From positions 32,001 to 96,000 of the forward strand of contig JBJMOW010000001.1 of NCBI GenBank assembly GCA_045803545.1: a stretch of DNA of 64,000 nucleotides. Direction: 5' to 3'. Under the pieces are notes generated by a model that saw only the letters and a program-made list of their open reading frames with translations, did not search any database and had not been told where the DNA came from. Origin of the DNA: Gemmatimonadaceae bacterium. Its GTDB lineage: Bacteria; Gemmatimonadota; Gemmatimonadetes; Gemmatimonadales; Gemmatimonadaceae. Below, one piece after another: positions 28,616 through 41,200 of this stretch. Made by a program: the position numbers and the translations under genes. Numbering within the stretch: position 1 is the stretch's first letter; the number at the start of each line of letters is the position of its first letter.

Positions 28616-30906
<2,291 letters not shown>

Positions 30907-30954
30907 CTAATGAAAATATCAGGGATGGTGCGCCGCTTGAACCTTCGTTTGACT

Positions 30955-32094
30955 TTATCCGAGCACGATGTCGAATGTCGCGCCGCGATCCGACGGAACA
31001 AGCACCAGCTCGCCGCGATGGCTATCCCGCACGATGCGACGGGCGAGAGAGAGTCCAATCCCCCAACCCTTCTCTTTAGTCGAGAAGCCCGGGTCAAAAA
31101 TCTGGTGGCGAATCTCGCGCGGAACACCCGGCCCGTCGTCCGAGACTCGAACCCGGACCCGACCCTCTGGAAGGGGCTCCGCCGAGATCTCGACACGTCC
31201 ATCCCGGCCGGCGAGGGCATCGATCGCATTCTTGGTCAGCGACTCCAGCGCCCATTCGAGCAGTACCGGATCTCCCTGCACCGTCAGATCGCCTTGATGT
31301 GTAGCCGAAACCGTCACACGCTGGGCCAGAGTCGGTACTCGCGCCCGGAAATAAGTCGCGACGCGATCAACGAGGTCCCCGAGATCGACGGACTCCTGAT
31401 GCGGCGGCCGGCCGATTCGCTCGAATCGGTGCGCGACTCGCTTCAGGCGCTCGAGGTCGGCTTCCATGTGATCGAGCGCGCCGGCGGTCGATGGTTCGGG
31501 ATCGGTCTCGCGAAGTAGCTCGATCCAACCGCTGATACTGGAGAGCGGAGTGCCGAGCTGGTGCGCGGACTCGCGCGCCATCCCCGCCCAGATCTGCTCA
31601 CGATCGGCACGGCCGCGCGTACGCAAGGCGTATGCGCCCGCGATCAGAACGAGCCCGATCATGATCGATTGCAACACCGGGATCAGAATCAGGCCGCGCA
31701 CCAGCGGAGTGTTGCCGAAGTGGACGGTGCCGATACCCGGCTCGACAATCGCCACGTTTTGGCGATCCAGCTCGGCGATGTAGTTCCTCATATCACGTGA
31801 GCGGAGCGGCGCAGTGAACGGGATGTTGGCGGTATCAGTGGGCACTCCGTTGGGATCGGCAAGAATCATCGGCACGCCCGACTCTCTGATATGCCGGGAG
31901 AGATCGAGCAGCGCGGCGTTCGCCGCGTCGGGGTTGGGATCACTCAGCCCGTTGTAGACGCGCGCGTACATCAGGCCGACGCGTGATGCTTCCTGACGCA
32001 GCTCGTGGACGACCGTTCGCGTGTAGATGACGTACCACACGAGTAGTGCGAGTACGCCAATCGAGATGAGAGTGACCGGTGCCAGCCGGCGCAT
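30955..32094 (-). CDS. Membrane sensor histidine kinase
   Basis: Two TM helices, H-box AHQLGTPLS, N-box KNAIDA, DDGPG, FSTK..GWGIGLS. Confidence 0.92.
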   Translation of the reverse strand: MRRLAPVTLISIGVLALLVWYVIYTRTVVHELRQEASRVGLMYARVYNGLSDPNPDAANAALLDLSRHIRESGVPMILADPNGVPTDTANIPFTAPLRSRDMRNYIAELDRQNVAIVEPGIGTVHFGNTPLVRGLILIPVLQSIMIGLVLIAGAYALRTRGRADREQIWAGMARESAHQLGTPLSSISGWIELLRETDPEPSTAGALDHMEADLERLKRVAHRFERIGRPPHQESVDLGDLVDRVATYFRARVPTLAQRVTVSATHQGDLTVQGDPVLLEWALESLTKNAIDALAGRDGRVEISAEPLPEGRVRVRVSDDGPGVPREIRHQIFDPGFSTKEKGWGIGLSLARRIVRDSHRGELVLVPSDRGATFDIVLG

Positions 32095-32096
32095 GC

Positions 32097-33371
32097 TCAG
32101 CTCAGGCGCTCAGCGCCAAGATATTTTGCGAGCGCAGCGGGTACGCGCACGCTTCCATCCTCCTGCTGATGATGCTCCAGGATAGAGGCAATGACGCGGG
32201 GAAACGCAAGACCTGACCCGTTCAGGGTGTGGACGAAGCGCGGCTTGCCGCCCTCGGCCGGCTTATAACGAATGTTGGCGCGCCGAGCCTGGAAGTCAGT
32301 GAAGTTGCTGCACGAGGAGACTTCCAGCCACTTCCCAACACCGGGGGCGAAAGTCTCGAGATCGTAGGTATGGGCGCTGGCAAATCCCGTATCACCCGAC
32401 GCGAGACGCACCACCCGGTAGGGCAGCTCAAGCAGCTGGAGGATTCGTTCAGCGTGACCCGTCAGTAATTCCAGCTGATCGTTCGAGCTCTCGGGACTGA
32501 CGAAGCGAACGAGCTCTACCTTGTCGAACTCGTGAACGCGCAACAAGCCGCGGGTGTCCTTTCCAGCTGCGCCCGCCTCGCGGCGGAAGCAGGGCGAATA
32601 GCCCGTGATCGCCTTCGGGAGATCCGACTCGGCGAGGATTTCGTCCCTGAAAAGGTTGGTGAGAGGAACCTCCGCCGTCGGAATGAGATAACCCTCATCC
32701 CCGCGGAGAGCGTACATGTCCTCCGCAAACTTCGGCAGCTGTCCGGTGCCCGTCATGCTCTCGCGATTGACGACGACCGGAATCCACTCTTCCTCGTAAC
32801 CATGCTCGCGCGTATGAAAATCGAGCATGAAGTTCATGAGTCCACGAACCAGACGCGCGCCGGCTGCGCGAAAGACGATGAAACCAGAGCCACTGATTTT
32901 GGCGCCGCGCTCGAAGTCGATTAAACCCAGCTTCACTCCGATCTCCCAATGCGGGAGGAGCTTCACGCCTTCGCGCGGCGAGCCCCAGGTTCTCACGACC
33001 GCGTTGTTCTCCTCCCCGCCGGCCGCAACCTGTTCCAGCGTGACATTCGGAATTTCGAGGAGAATCGACGTCAGCTCTTTCTCGGTTTCAGCGAGCTCGC
33101 TGTCGAGTCGCGCGATTTCGTCGCCGAGTGCGCGCGACTGCTGTTGCAGATCGTCAGCCGATTGTCCTGCCCGCTTACGCTGACCGACCTGCTGGCTTAC
33201 CGCGTTACGCGCAGCTTTGCGCTCTTCGACGGCTTGAATGGTGTCGCGGCGGACCTTATCGAGGGCTACCGCACGATCGATCGCGGGGCCGAGCGCGTCG
33301 AGTGCCCCGCGCCGAACCATGCCGGCGCGCAGTGCGTCGACATTCTCGCGCACCATCCGCAAATCGTGCAC
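32097..33371 (-). CDS. serS: Serine--tRNA ligase
   Basis: TGQLPKF, LIPTAEVP, FRREAG, EVSSCSN, HTLNGSG. Confidence 0.98.
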   Translation of the reverse strand: MHDLRMVRENVDALRAGMVRRGALDALGPAIDRAVALDKVRRDTIQAVEERKAARNAVSQQVGQRKRAGQSADDLQQQSRALGDEIARLDSELAETEKELTSILLEIPNVTLEQVAAGGEENNAVVRTWGSPREGVKLLPHWEIGVKLGLIDFERGAKISGSGFIVFRAAGARLVRGLMNFMLDFHTREHGYEEEWIPVVVNRESMTGTGQLPKFAEDMYALRGDEGYLIPTAEVPLTNLFRDEILAESDLPKAITGYSPCFRREAGAAGKDTRGLLRVHEFDKVELVRFVSPESSNDQLELLTGHAERILQLLELPYRVVRLASGDTGFASAHTYDLETFAPGVGKWLEVSSCSNFTDFQARRANIRYKPAEGGKPRFVHTLNGSGLAFPRVIASILEHHQQEDGSVRVPAALAKYLGAERLS

Positions 33372-33374
33372 GGA

Positions 33375-33950
33375 TTAGAAGGTTGGTATACCGTCGGCGA
33401 ACGACCGGAACCCGCAGTTCGGATCGAGTCCCATTCGGAAATAGATAGTGCGTGAGGCGAGGTTTACGCTGTCGACTGCGAGCTTGGCGTAGATGTTCGG
33501 ATTAAGGGCGAACTGACAGAGGTCCGCCTGCGCGTTGTGCGCTGATTGAACGACGATGGTTTCGCCGATCGTCGCCACCAGCGCCGAGTCCGACTGATAG
33601 TTCGTTTTCGGAGCCTCGGTGACTGCGTCAAACGATTGCGCGAGCTTCTGCATCGCCACCGGTCGCGATGCCCCTGAAGCGACAATCATCTTCACGGGAT
33701 ACACAACGGCGTTACCGTCAGCGTTGATGTCAAAGGCGACGTCAAAGAGCGCGAAGCCGTCGACGTGAACGGGTTGGCGCGAAAGAAACGCGACGCCGCT
33801 CGGGTAGTTTGGCGGAGTTCCCGACAGAGCGAACACCGACAGCGAGTCGACTGAATTCAGTAATGTCGCTTTCAGAGCGGTCGGATCGCCGCAGGCACTG
33901 ATGAACGCAGCCGTGAGGCCGACCGCAATAACTGCAATACGCGCTTTCAT
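33375..33950 (-). CDS. Hypothetical lipoprotein
   Basis: MKARIAVIAVGLTAAFISAC lipobox; ATG 33950; promoter upstream. Confidence 0.75.
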   Translation of the reverse strand: MKARIAVIAVGLTAAFISACGDPTALKATLLNSVDSLSVFALSGTPPNYPSGVAFLSRQPVHVDGFALFDVAFDINADGNAVVYPVKMIVASGASRPVAMQKLAQSFDAVTEAPKTNYQSDSALVATIGETIVVQSAHNAQADLCQFALNPNIYAKLAVDSVNLASRTIYFRMGLDPNCGFRSFADGIPTF

Positions 33951-33992
33951 GCGTTGGATTTGACAGAAGAGATAGAGGCGGGGTTGCTTTCG

Positions 33993-34021
33993 ATAATACC
34001 CCGTAACTTGTGACAGTTCAA
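33993..34021 (-). promoter_or_regulatory. Sigma70-type promoter for lipoprotein-serS-kinase-pcrA-gatCAB
   Basis: TTGAAC-N17-TATTAT. Confidence 0.6.
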
Positions 34022-34033
34022 GCGATTGGCGGC

Positions 34034-34062
34034 TTGACTTCACCAGTGGCGATTCCTAGCTT
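34034..34062 (+). promoter_or_regulatory. Sigma70-type promoter for the roadblock operon
   Basis: TTGACT-N17-TAGCTT. Confidence 0.55.
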
Positions 34063-34081
34063 CGCACTTTCTTCACCACCA

Positions 34082-34435
34082 ATGCCTAACATCCGAGATT
34101 TCACGAGCGCCCTCCGTCAGCGTCCGGGAGTCGATGCTGTTCTAGTGCTTGGCCGCGACGGACTCCTGATCGAAGGCTTTGCAGCTCCAGGTCTGAATAA
34201 CGAAGACCTGGCGGCCCGCGTCCCTGCGCTCGTCGCCGAAGCGGAAGCGCTGGGCAAGGCAACGGTTCAGGGAGGCCTCAATACCGCAATACTCGAGCAT
34301 CAGAAGGGATACGCGATCGTAGCTGCACTTGCTGATGACACGCTTCTTCTTATCCTGTTGCGGCCCTCGGCTGATCTTGGTGGACTGTTATTTGACGTGC
34401 GTCGGTATCGTGGCAACATCGCATCCTTAATCTGA
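34082..34435 (+). CDS. Roadblock/LC7 (MglB-like) protein
   Basis: PGVDAVLVLGRDGLLI ... ADLGGLLFDVRR. Confidence 0.85.
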   Translation: MPNIRDFTSALRQRPGVDAVLVLGRDGLLIEGFAAPGLNNEDLAARVPALVAEAEALGKATVQGGLNTAILEHQKGYAIVAALADDTLLLILLRPSADLGGLLFDVRRYRGNIASLI

Positions 34436-34436
34436 C

Positions 34437-34847
34437 GTGACAGAGAATCAGACTTCGCACATCCTCGTCGCTGACGACGAGCCGCATATCGGCCGCATCA
34501 TCAAGATGAAGCTGGAACAGGGCCCGTTTCGCGTGAGCATCGCCTACGACGGTGAAGAAGCGCTCGCATTCATCAATAACGGGGATCCGGTGGACCTGGT
34601 GCTGCTCGACCTGATGATGCCCAAGCTGAGCGGTCTCGATGTGCTTCGCCAGGTGCGCGAGCAGGACCGATTCAAGACTCTGCCGTGCATCATCCTCACC
34701 GCCGGCGGTGACGCCAAGCATGAGCGCGACGCACTGGCGCTCGGCGCAACTCAGTTTTTGACCAAGCCCTTCAGCCCGAAGAAATTGTACGCGCTGGTCG
34801 CGCGTCTCACCGGCGCACCGGACGAAGCCGGAATCACCGGCGAGTGA
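34437..34847 (+). CDS. Single-domain response regulator (CheY-like)
   Basis: ILVADDE, LLDLMMP, ILTA, TKPFSP. Confidence 0.93.
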   Translation: MTENQTSHILVADDEPHIGRIIKMKLEQGPFRVSIAYDGEEALAFINNGDPVDLVLLDLMMPKLSGLDVLRQVREQDRFKTLPCIILTAGGDAKHERDALALGATQFLTKPFSPKKLYALVARLTGAPDEAGITGE

Positions 34848-35881
34848 GCCGCTGGATAGTCATTCTCGCGGGCGGCATCGGCTCGCGGTTCTGGCCGCTG
34901 AGTACTCCGGAGCGTCCGAAACAACTACTGCCACTCGTCACGAAGAAGTCCCTTTTGCAGGACGCTTTCGACCGGCTCTCTCCAATGGTCGATCCGAAGC
35001 ACATGCTGGTGCTGACCAACGCCGAGCTGGTAAAGCCGATCCGCAAGCTGCTGCCGACCTTGCCTCGGGAAAACATCATCGCCGAGCCGAAACCGGCCGG
35101 AACGGCCGCGGCGCTGACGTGGGCGGCGCGAACGATCGAGGCACGCGACGACGCGAACGCGACGATGATCTCTGTACACGCCGACTGGGCTATCGGCAAC
35201 GACGAACGCTTCCGTGAAGTTCTGGAGGCAGGCGAAGAGCATGCGCAGGAAACCCACACGCTGGTCACGGTAGGCGTAGTTCCCAGCCGACCGGACACCG
35301 GCTTCGGCTACATCCAGCCGGAGGACCCGCGCAAGTCCGCATCGCCTGTCAAACGATTCGTCGAGAAGCCCGACCTCTCAACCGCGGAGAAGCTTTGCGC
35401 GGAGGGGTATTTGTGGAACTCCGGAATCTTCATCTGGACCGTCGGTGACTTCCTTTCAGAGGTCAGCCAGCACGCAGTCGAACTCAAGAAAGCAATGGGT
35501 CTCAACGAAGATGCCGATGCTGCCGATTTCTTTTCCAGCGTTGCGAAGCCAGCGTCAGTCGACAACGCAGTGCTCGAGCGCAGCAAAAAAGTCGCGGTCT
35601 TGCGTGGAGATTTCGGCTGGGACGATGTCGGCACGTGGAGTGCGTTGGCACGGGTGCGTGACAAGGACGAGTTTGGCAATACGACGACCGGTGACGTTCA
35701 CCTGCTTGACTCAAGCGACAATGTCGTGCACGCTGACGGTGGCCGGGTCGTGATGTACGGCGTCGAAGATCTCATCGTCGTCGTCCACAATGGGTTGACG
35801 CTCGTCACTACGCGGGAGAAAGCGGCTGATCTGAAGCGGTTGGTAGAGTCACTGCCGAAAGCAGACCGGGCAAAAGCGTGA
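34844..35881 (+). CDS. Mannose-1-phosphate guanylyltransferase
   Basis: ILAGGIGSRFWPLS..PKQ, TGFGYI, FVEKP, WNSGIF, GWDDVGTW. Confidence 0.9.
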   Translation: MSRWIVILAGGIGSRFWPLSTPERPKQLLPLVTKKSLLQDAFDRLSPMVDPKHMLVLTNAELVKPIRKLLPTLPRENIIAEPKPAGTAAALTWAARTIEARDDANATMISVHADWAIGNDERFREVLEAGEEHAQETHTLVTVGVVPSRPDTGFGYIQPEDPRKSASPVKRFVEKPDLSTAEKLCAEGYLWNSGIFIWTVGDFLSEVSQHAVELKKAMGLNEDADAADFFSSVAKPASVDNAVLERSKKVAVLRGDFGWDDVGTWSALARVRDKDEFGNTTTGDVHLLDSSDNVVHADGGRVVMYGVEDLIVVVHNGLTLVTTREKAADLKRLVESLPKADRAKA

Positions 35882-37080
35882 GCGTTCTATTCTTTTACGA
35901 CGATACGCGCGCGCGGCAGTTCGAGCCGTTCGCGTTGACGCGCCCTGTATCGGAGTTGCGGGCCGGAACATCGCTGATCCGTCACCGTTGGGAGCGGGCT
36001 ACTTCGATGCGCAGCGCTGGCTTTATCAGCGGCGGTCATCTCGCGCACTTCGAAGAAGGCGATGCGCCACCAGCCGTGGCGCCTCAGTCGGAGATCCCGG
36101 CAGGGTCGATCCTCGTCAATTCCCGCTGCGTGATTCCTCTCGACCTCAAGATCGACCATTTCGATTTGCTGATGTGCGATGGGATTGCGTGCGCCGTGCG
36201 CCTTGCGAGAGCGATGCCCGTTTCACAATTCGCGGAGGGCAAAGTCGACATCGGCTCGATCCAGACCAGTCTCGGCGGCCGTAAAGTGGCAGGCCGCTGG
36301 ATGAACGAAATCTGGGATTTCATCGGTACGCTTTCCGATCAGCTGACGGAAGACATTCCGCAACGCGGAAAATCACTCGAGGCAACAGCCAAAACCGGCG
36401 CAGCGACGATGGGAGACCATGGGATCTTCGTCGAGGAAGGCGCCGATATCGGCCCGCAGGTAGTACTGGATTCGACCAGCGGCCCGATTCTGATTCGAAA
36501 AGGCGCTAAGATCGCACCGTTCACCTATCTGGTGGGCCCAATCTCGGTTGGTCGTGGATCGCAGATTCTCGGTGAGCGCGTCGCTGCGTCGTCGATTGGC
36601 GATCACTGCAAAGTTCGAGGAGAGTTCAATAACTCGATCGTGCTCGGTCACAGCAACAAGGGACACGCCGGGTTCATCGGACACTCCTACCTCGGTCGCT
36701 GGGTGAACCTCGGCGCGCTAACCACCACCAGCAACCTCAAGAATACTTACGGACCGGTTCAGCTTTGGACACCGACCGGGGTGCGCGATACCGGACAACA
36801 ATTTCTCGGCACACTATTCGGGGATCACGCGAAGACCGGCATTGGTACAATGCTCAACACCGGCACTTTGCTGGGAGCCGGCGCCAATGTCTTCGGCGCG
36901 AACACTCCACCGAAGGCGGTTCCGCCTTTCGCCTGGGGTAGTGATGAGCCGTACGATACGTACGACGTGACTAAATTTCTTGCGGTTACCGAGCGGGTCA
37001 TGTCGCGGCGTGACGTCGAGCTCGGCGAGAAGGCTCGCAAGCAGCTGACGGAAGCGCACAAGAGAAGGTGGAGCGTTTGA
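35878..37080 (+). CDS. GlmU-related putative sugar nucleotidyltransferase with a left-handed beta-helix
   Basis: PFALTRPVSELRAG, SNKGHAGFIGHSYLGRWVNLGA.TTTSNLKNTY. Confidence 0.82.
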   Translation: MSVLFFYDDTRARQFEPFALTRPVSELRAGTSLIRHRWERATSMRSAGFISGGHLAHFEEGDAPPAVAPQSEIPAGSILVNSRCVIPLDLKIDHFDLLMCDGIACAVRLARAMPVSQFAEGKVDIGSIQTSLGGRKVAGRWMNEIWDFIGTLSDQLTEDIPQRGKSLEATAKTGAATMGDHGIFVEEGADIGPQVVLDSTSGPILIRKGAKIAPFTYLVGPISVGRGSQILGERVAASSIGDHCKVRGEFNNSIVLGHSNKGHAGFIGHSYLGRWVNLGALTTTSNLKNTYGPVQLWTPTGVRDTGQQFLGTLFGDHAKTGIGTMLNTGTLLGAGANVFGANTPPKAVPPFAWGSDEPYDTYDVTKFLAVTERVMSRRDVELGEKARKQLTEAHKRRWSV

Positions 37081-37898
37081 TGAGGTTGTGGGTTCTGGGA
37101 AGTGGCAGTAACGGAAATGCAGTGCTGGTGGAGACAGAACGCTCGCGCATCCTGGTTGATGCGGGATTCTCGCCGCGCGAGCTGAAGAAGCGACTTGGAA
37201 TCGCGGGCTTTGCGCCCGAGTCCATCGACGCTTTGGTGGTGACCCACGAGCACACTGATCACGTGAAGGGCGCAGCTGCTGCCGCTCGCAAATGGGGTTG
37301 GACTATCGTTTCAACCGCTGGAACGCGGATGATGTGTCCTGATTGGACGGAGGTGCGGACAATCCTGACGCCGCGCAAAAGCGAAGTCACCATTGGTGAT
37401 TTCAGACTTGAAACAGTTCCGGTTTCCCACGATGCCAGCGAGCCAATCGGGGTGATCGTGACTTCCCTGGGCGAGGGATCACGAGCGGGAATCATTTATG
37501 ACCTCGGCCACGTCACCGAGACGATTTATCGCGCCCTCGACAAGCTCGATGTACTTGTAATCGAGGCGAATCACGACGAGGGAATGTTGCGAGCGGGACG
37601 CTATCCCCCATCGCTCCAGGCGCGGATCAGGGGCAAGTTCGGACATTTGAGCAATTCGGCGGCGGCGCAAACTGCACTGCAGTGTGTTCACTCAGGTCTC
37701 AATAACATCGTGCTCGCCCATCTCAGCCAGGAGAACAACACGCCGCGAGTGGCGATGTCGACTGTTGGCGATTCGCTTCGCCGCGGTCGATTCAAAGGCC
37801 GGCTGACCGCTGCATCTCAGGACAAGGTCATCGGACCAATTTCCGTCGGTGCAAGCTCGGTTTCGGCCGTATCACTTCAGCTCGCGCTAGGCATCTAG
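37080..37898 (+). CDS. MBL-fold metallohydrolase (WalJ/YycJ-like)
   Basis: LGSGSNGN, THEHTDH, SHDA, EANHD, GHLSN, HLSQENN. Confidence 0.9.
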   Translation: MRLWVLGSGSNGNAVLVETERSRILVDAGFSPRELKKRLGIAGFAPESIDALVVTHEHTDHVKGAAAAARKWGWTIVSTAGTRMMCPDWTEVRTILTPRKSEVTIGDFRLETVPVSHDASEPIGVIVTSLGEGSRAGIIYDLGHVTETIYRALDKLDVLVIEANHDEGMLRAGRYPPSLQARIRGKFGHLSNSAAAQTALQCVHSGLNNIVLAHLSQENNTPRVAMSTVGDSLRRGRFKGRLTAASQDKVIGPISVGASSVSAVSLQLALGI

Positions 37899-37985
37899 CT
37901 ACGGCTTTGGGCGCCGGTTGCCCGCGACGAAAGCAAACACGAGCGCGGCAACGATGATGATCCCGAATAACAAATAGAAATTCAT
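37899..37985 (-). CDS. 28-aa single-TM microprotein
   Basis: MNFYLLFGIIIVAALVFAFVAGNRRPKP*; ATG 2 nt after the upstream stop; GAGGGG RBS. Confidence 0.6.
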   Translation of the reverse strand: MNFYLLFGIIIVAALVFAFVAGNRRPKP

Positions 37986-37987
37986 CG

Positions 37988-38257
37988 TCAGCGCCCCTCG
38001 ACGTCGCGTTCGCCTGGAATCTTTCGCTCGGCTCTCCCCTCACCCGGATGCGCCTGCGCTTCGTGAAAGCGTTCGCCCTTGAGCCGAATCGCGTCGACGA
38101 ATTTCTCATACTCAGTGTCGGATAGCTCGTCCGCGATCGCCGGAACGAGTCCTTTGACGAGGGTGATTCGTTCAGCGAGAGTGAGCTCGTTGATCGACGT
38201 CACGAGCTTCCGCAACCGCGGGTGATTCATCCACTCGGTTTCTTTGCTGGTCGTCAT
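37988..38257 (-). CDS. Hypothetical 89-aa helical protein
   Basis: GGAGG RBS upstream; fills the gap after the VPS10 gene. Confidence 0.65.
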   Translation of the reverse strand: MTTSKETEWMNHPRLRKLVTSINELTLAERITLVKGLVPAIADELSDTEYEKFVDAIRLKGERFHEAQAHPGEGRAERKIPGERDVEGR

Positions 38258-38282
38258 GTTACTGCACGCCTCCGGTCAAATC

Positions 38283-41200
38283 CTACTTGGTGGATGGAGA
38301 GAATCTGGTTCGTTTGATGTCGGCCCACTGCGCGAGCGTTTTGTCGAGCGACTTCTCCAACTCGGCGGCGGCGGTGATTGTCTGAGTCGTCGGATCCATG
38401 TCGGCGCTTTCGACGATGTCGAGGATGGTTGCGAGTTGCTCGTTAAGCCGGGCCAGGCCGACACCGGCAGCCCCCGTTCCAGTTTCCACACGCGCCAGCA
38501 CGGAGTCGAGTGCGACGAGCGAGTCGGCAACCTCTCTGGCTTTGGCTCCTTCGCGCTGCGTACGCAGGGTACCGCGGCGCGCGCGGAGCTCTGTCAATGC
38601 GGCAAAGTCGCGATCAATGGCGGCGTTCATGCGGACACCGATGTCGTGCTGCTGGCGAAGGCCGGGGGCAGTTATCGGCGCACGCGGATCCATTTTGATT
38701 GTCAGCGGCTGCGCGAAGGTCTCTCCGTTCACACGAAGGCGAACCGTGTAGTCGCCTGGCAAGACCGCGGGGCCGAGCGGCCCGCGTGGCGTGTCGCCGT
38801 AGATCGCGGAGATCGGGTAATCGTGTCCCAGAACCTTCGGTGGCGGATAGTGCAAGTCCCACACAAATCGGTGCGTCCCGCGCGACGTCGCAACGCGCTG
38901 CGGCGGCCGCACCCAGTAGGTGGGAACGTTCAGGTCTGTCTCGATCGGTTCGATAGAATCGGCGCTTGCAAACGTGCGCATGGCCCGGCCGTTGGCGTCT
39001 GCGATCTCGATAACTACAGGTGTGGTAGCATCGCGAGCCAGGCGATAGTTGATAATCGCGCCATCCGGCGGGTTCTTGCCCGCAGGTTCATCGGGTGGGA
39101 GGGGTGTGTCGGTGTTCTTATCGCGACGGAATCGATACGTGAGCTTGGGCTTGAACAAGTAATCCTGCGTCGCCGCGCGGGTGTCGAGCTGGCGAAGGGG
39201 TGTCATGTCGTCGAGTATCCAGAACGACCGGCCGTGGGTTCCCACTACGATGTCATCATCGTGAATCACGAGATCGCGAATCGACGTCGCCGGCATGTTG
39301 AGTCGCAGCGGATGCCAATGATTGCCGTCGTCGAGTGAGAAGTACACGGCGCGCTCGGTGCCGGCGAACAGCAGGCCGCGTCGCGCCGGATCTTCGCGCA
39401 CCGCATTCACAACCTCGTTCGCCGGAATTCCGTCGACGATCTCCTTCCAGGTCTTTCCGCCGTCATGAGTCCGATAGATATGCGGATGCAGGTCGTCGAG
39501 CTTAATGCGATTTATCGCCGCGTAGGCCGATTGATCGTCGAAGTGCGATGCTTCCAGCAGCGAGACTTTCGACCACGGCGTGAGCGGGGCGGGAGTGATG
39601 TTGGTCCAGCTCTTTCCGCCGTCACGGGTAATGTTGATGGCACCATCATCGGATCCGGTCCAGATAACGTTCAAGTCACGAAACGACGGCGCGATCGTGT
39701 AGATCACTCCCCGGTTCCTCGCGCGCGAGAGGTCACCCTCCGTAAACATTCCGTAACTCGCCGGAACGTCATAATCCTTTCGGGTAAGGTCCGGACTGAT
39801 CACGTCCCATCGGGATCCGCCGGTCGTGGTTCTGAAGAGGACATTGCCGGCGAAGTAAAGCACGTGCGGATCGACCGTCGAAAAAATGATCGGCGCCGTT
39901 CGTAAAAATCGGTATTTGCCGGAGCGAACGGCCTCGGGACTCACGTTCTGAACCTCGCGCGAACGCTGGTCGAAGCGCGTGATTTTTCCGCCGTAGATGA
40001 TGTTGTGGTCGAGCGGATCGGGCGCGATATAGCCGTACTCCTCCGCTCCGACTGGATTCCACTCACGGAATGTGATCGCACCGTAGTCACCGCGGCTTGT
40101 CGTTCCTACCGAGCCGCTCTCCTGCTGGCCACCGTAAACCCAGTACGGGATCTGGTTGTCCGTGATGACGTGGTAGAACTGCGCGGTGGGCTGATTGTAC
40201 CATGAGCTCCACGTCTGGCCACCATTCACTGTCACAATCGCGCCCTGGTCAGCGGCGATCATGATGATGTCGGGGTTGTCGGGGTTGATCCAAATGCGAT
40301 GGTAATCATCACCGCCCGGCGCCCCCTTGATCGCCGTGAAAGTTTTTCCTCCATCGGCCGAGCGATACGTCGATGTGTTGGCCGAGTATAGGACATCGGC
40401 ATTCCGCGGATCGACTTTCAGCTCGGCGAAGTCGCTGGCGCGTCCCCAGACGCGAACTTCGTGGTTGGTTCTTCGCCAGTTCTCACCTGCATCGTCCGAT
40501 CTATAGATGCCGCCGAGTGTCGGCGCGTCGATCGTTGCGTACATCCGATTCGGATCGCTGGCAGCAATCGTGAATCCAATTCTGCCTAGTCCCTGAGCGG
40601 CCGTCGGAAATCCTTTGCCGATCTGACGCCAGGTGCTCCCGCCGTCGAGTGACTTGAACAGACCACTCAGCGGGCCATTCCAGAAAGAATTCTCCCACGG
40701 TCCTTGACGGCCTGCCCAAAGCGCTGCGTAGACAATATCGGGATTCTTTGGATCGAACCCGACCTGGATCGCACCTGTGTTCTCGTCCTTGTAGAGGACT
40801 TTCTCAAAGCTTTCGCCACCGTTGGTCGAGCGGTAAACACCGCGCTCCGGATTCGGTCCATACGGGTGGCCAAGCACCGCGATGAAGATCCGATTCTCAT
40901 CGCGAGGATCGACGATGATGCTCCCAACCTGCTGGCCGTCCCGCAGCCCGAGGTGCCGCCAGGTTTTCCCAGCATCGGTCGATTTGTAGATCCCGTCCCC
41001 GGTGGAAAGATCCGGTCGCTGGAGACCTTCTCCGGATCCCACATAGATCACATTCGGGTTCGACGGCGCGACCGCGAGGTCGCCAATCGAGCCAGTAGGC
41101 TGATCATCGAAGATCGGTGTCCAGACACGCCCGTAGTCATTCGTCTTCCAAACACCGCCGTCGTTAACGCCGATGTAGAAGACGTTGGGTTGTTGACGGA

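Noticed and set aside
38244..39338. 364-aa + strand ORF antisense to the VPS10 gene
   Set aside because: Antisense shadow of a well-supported gene.
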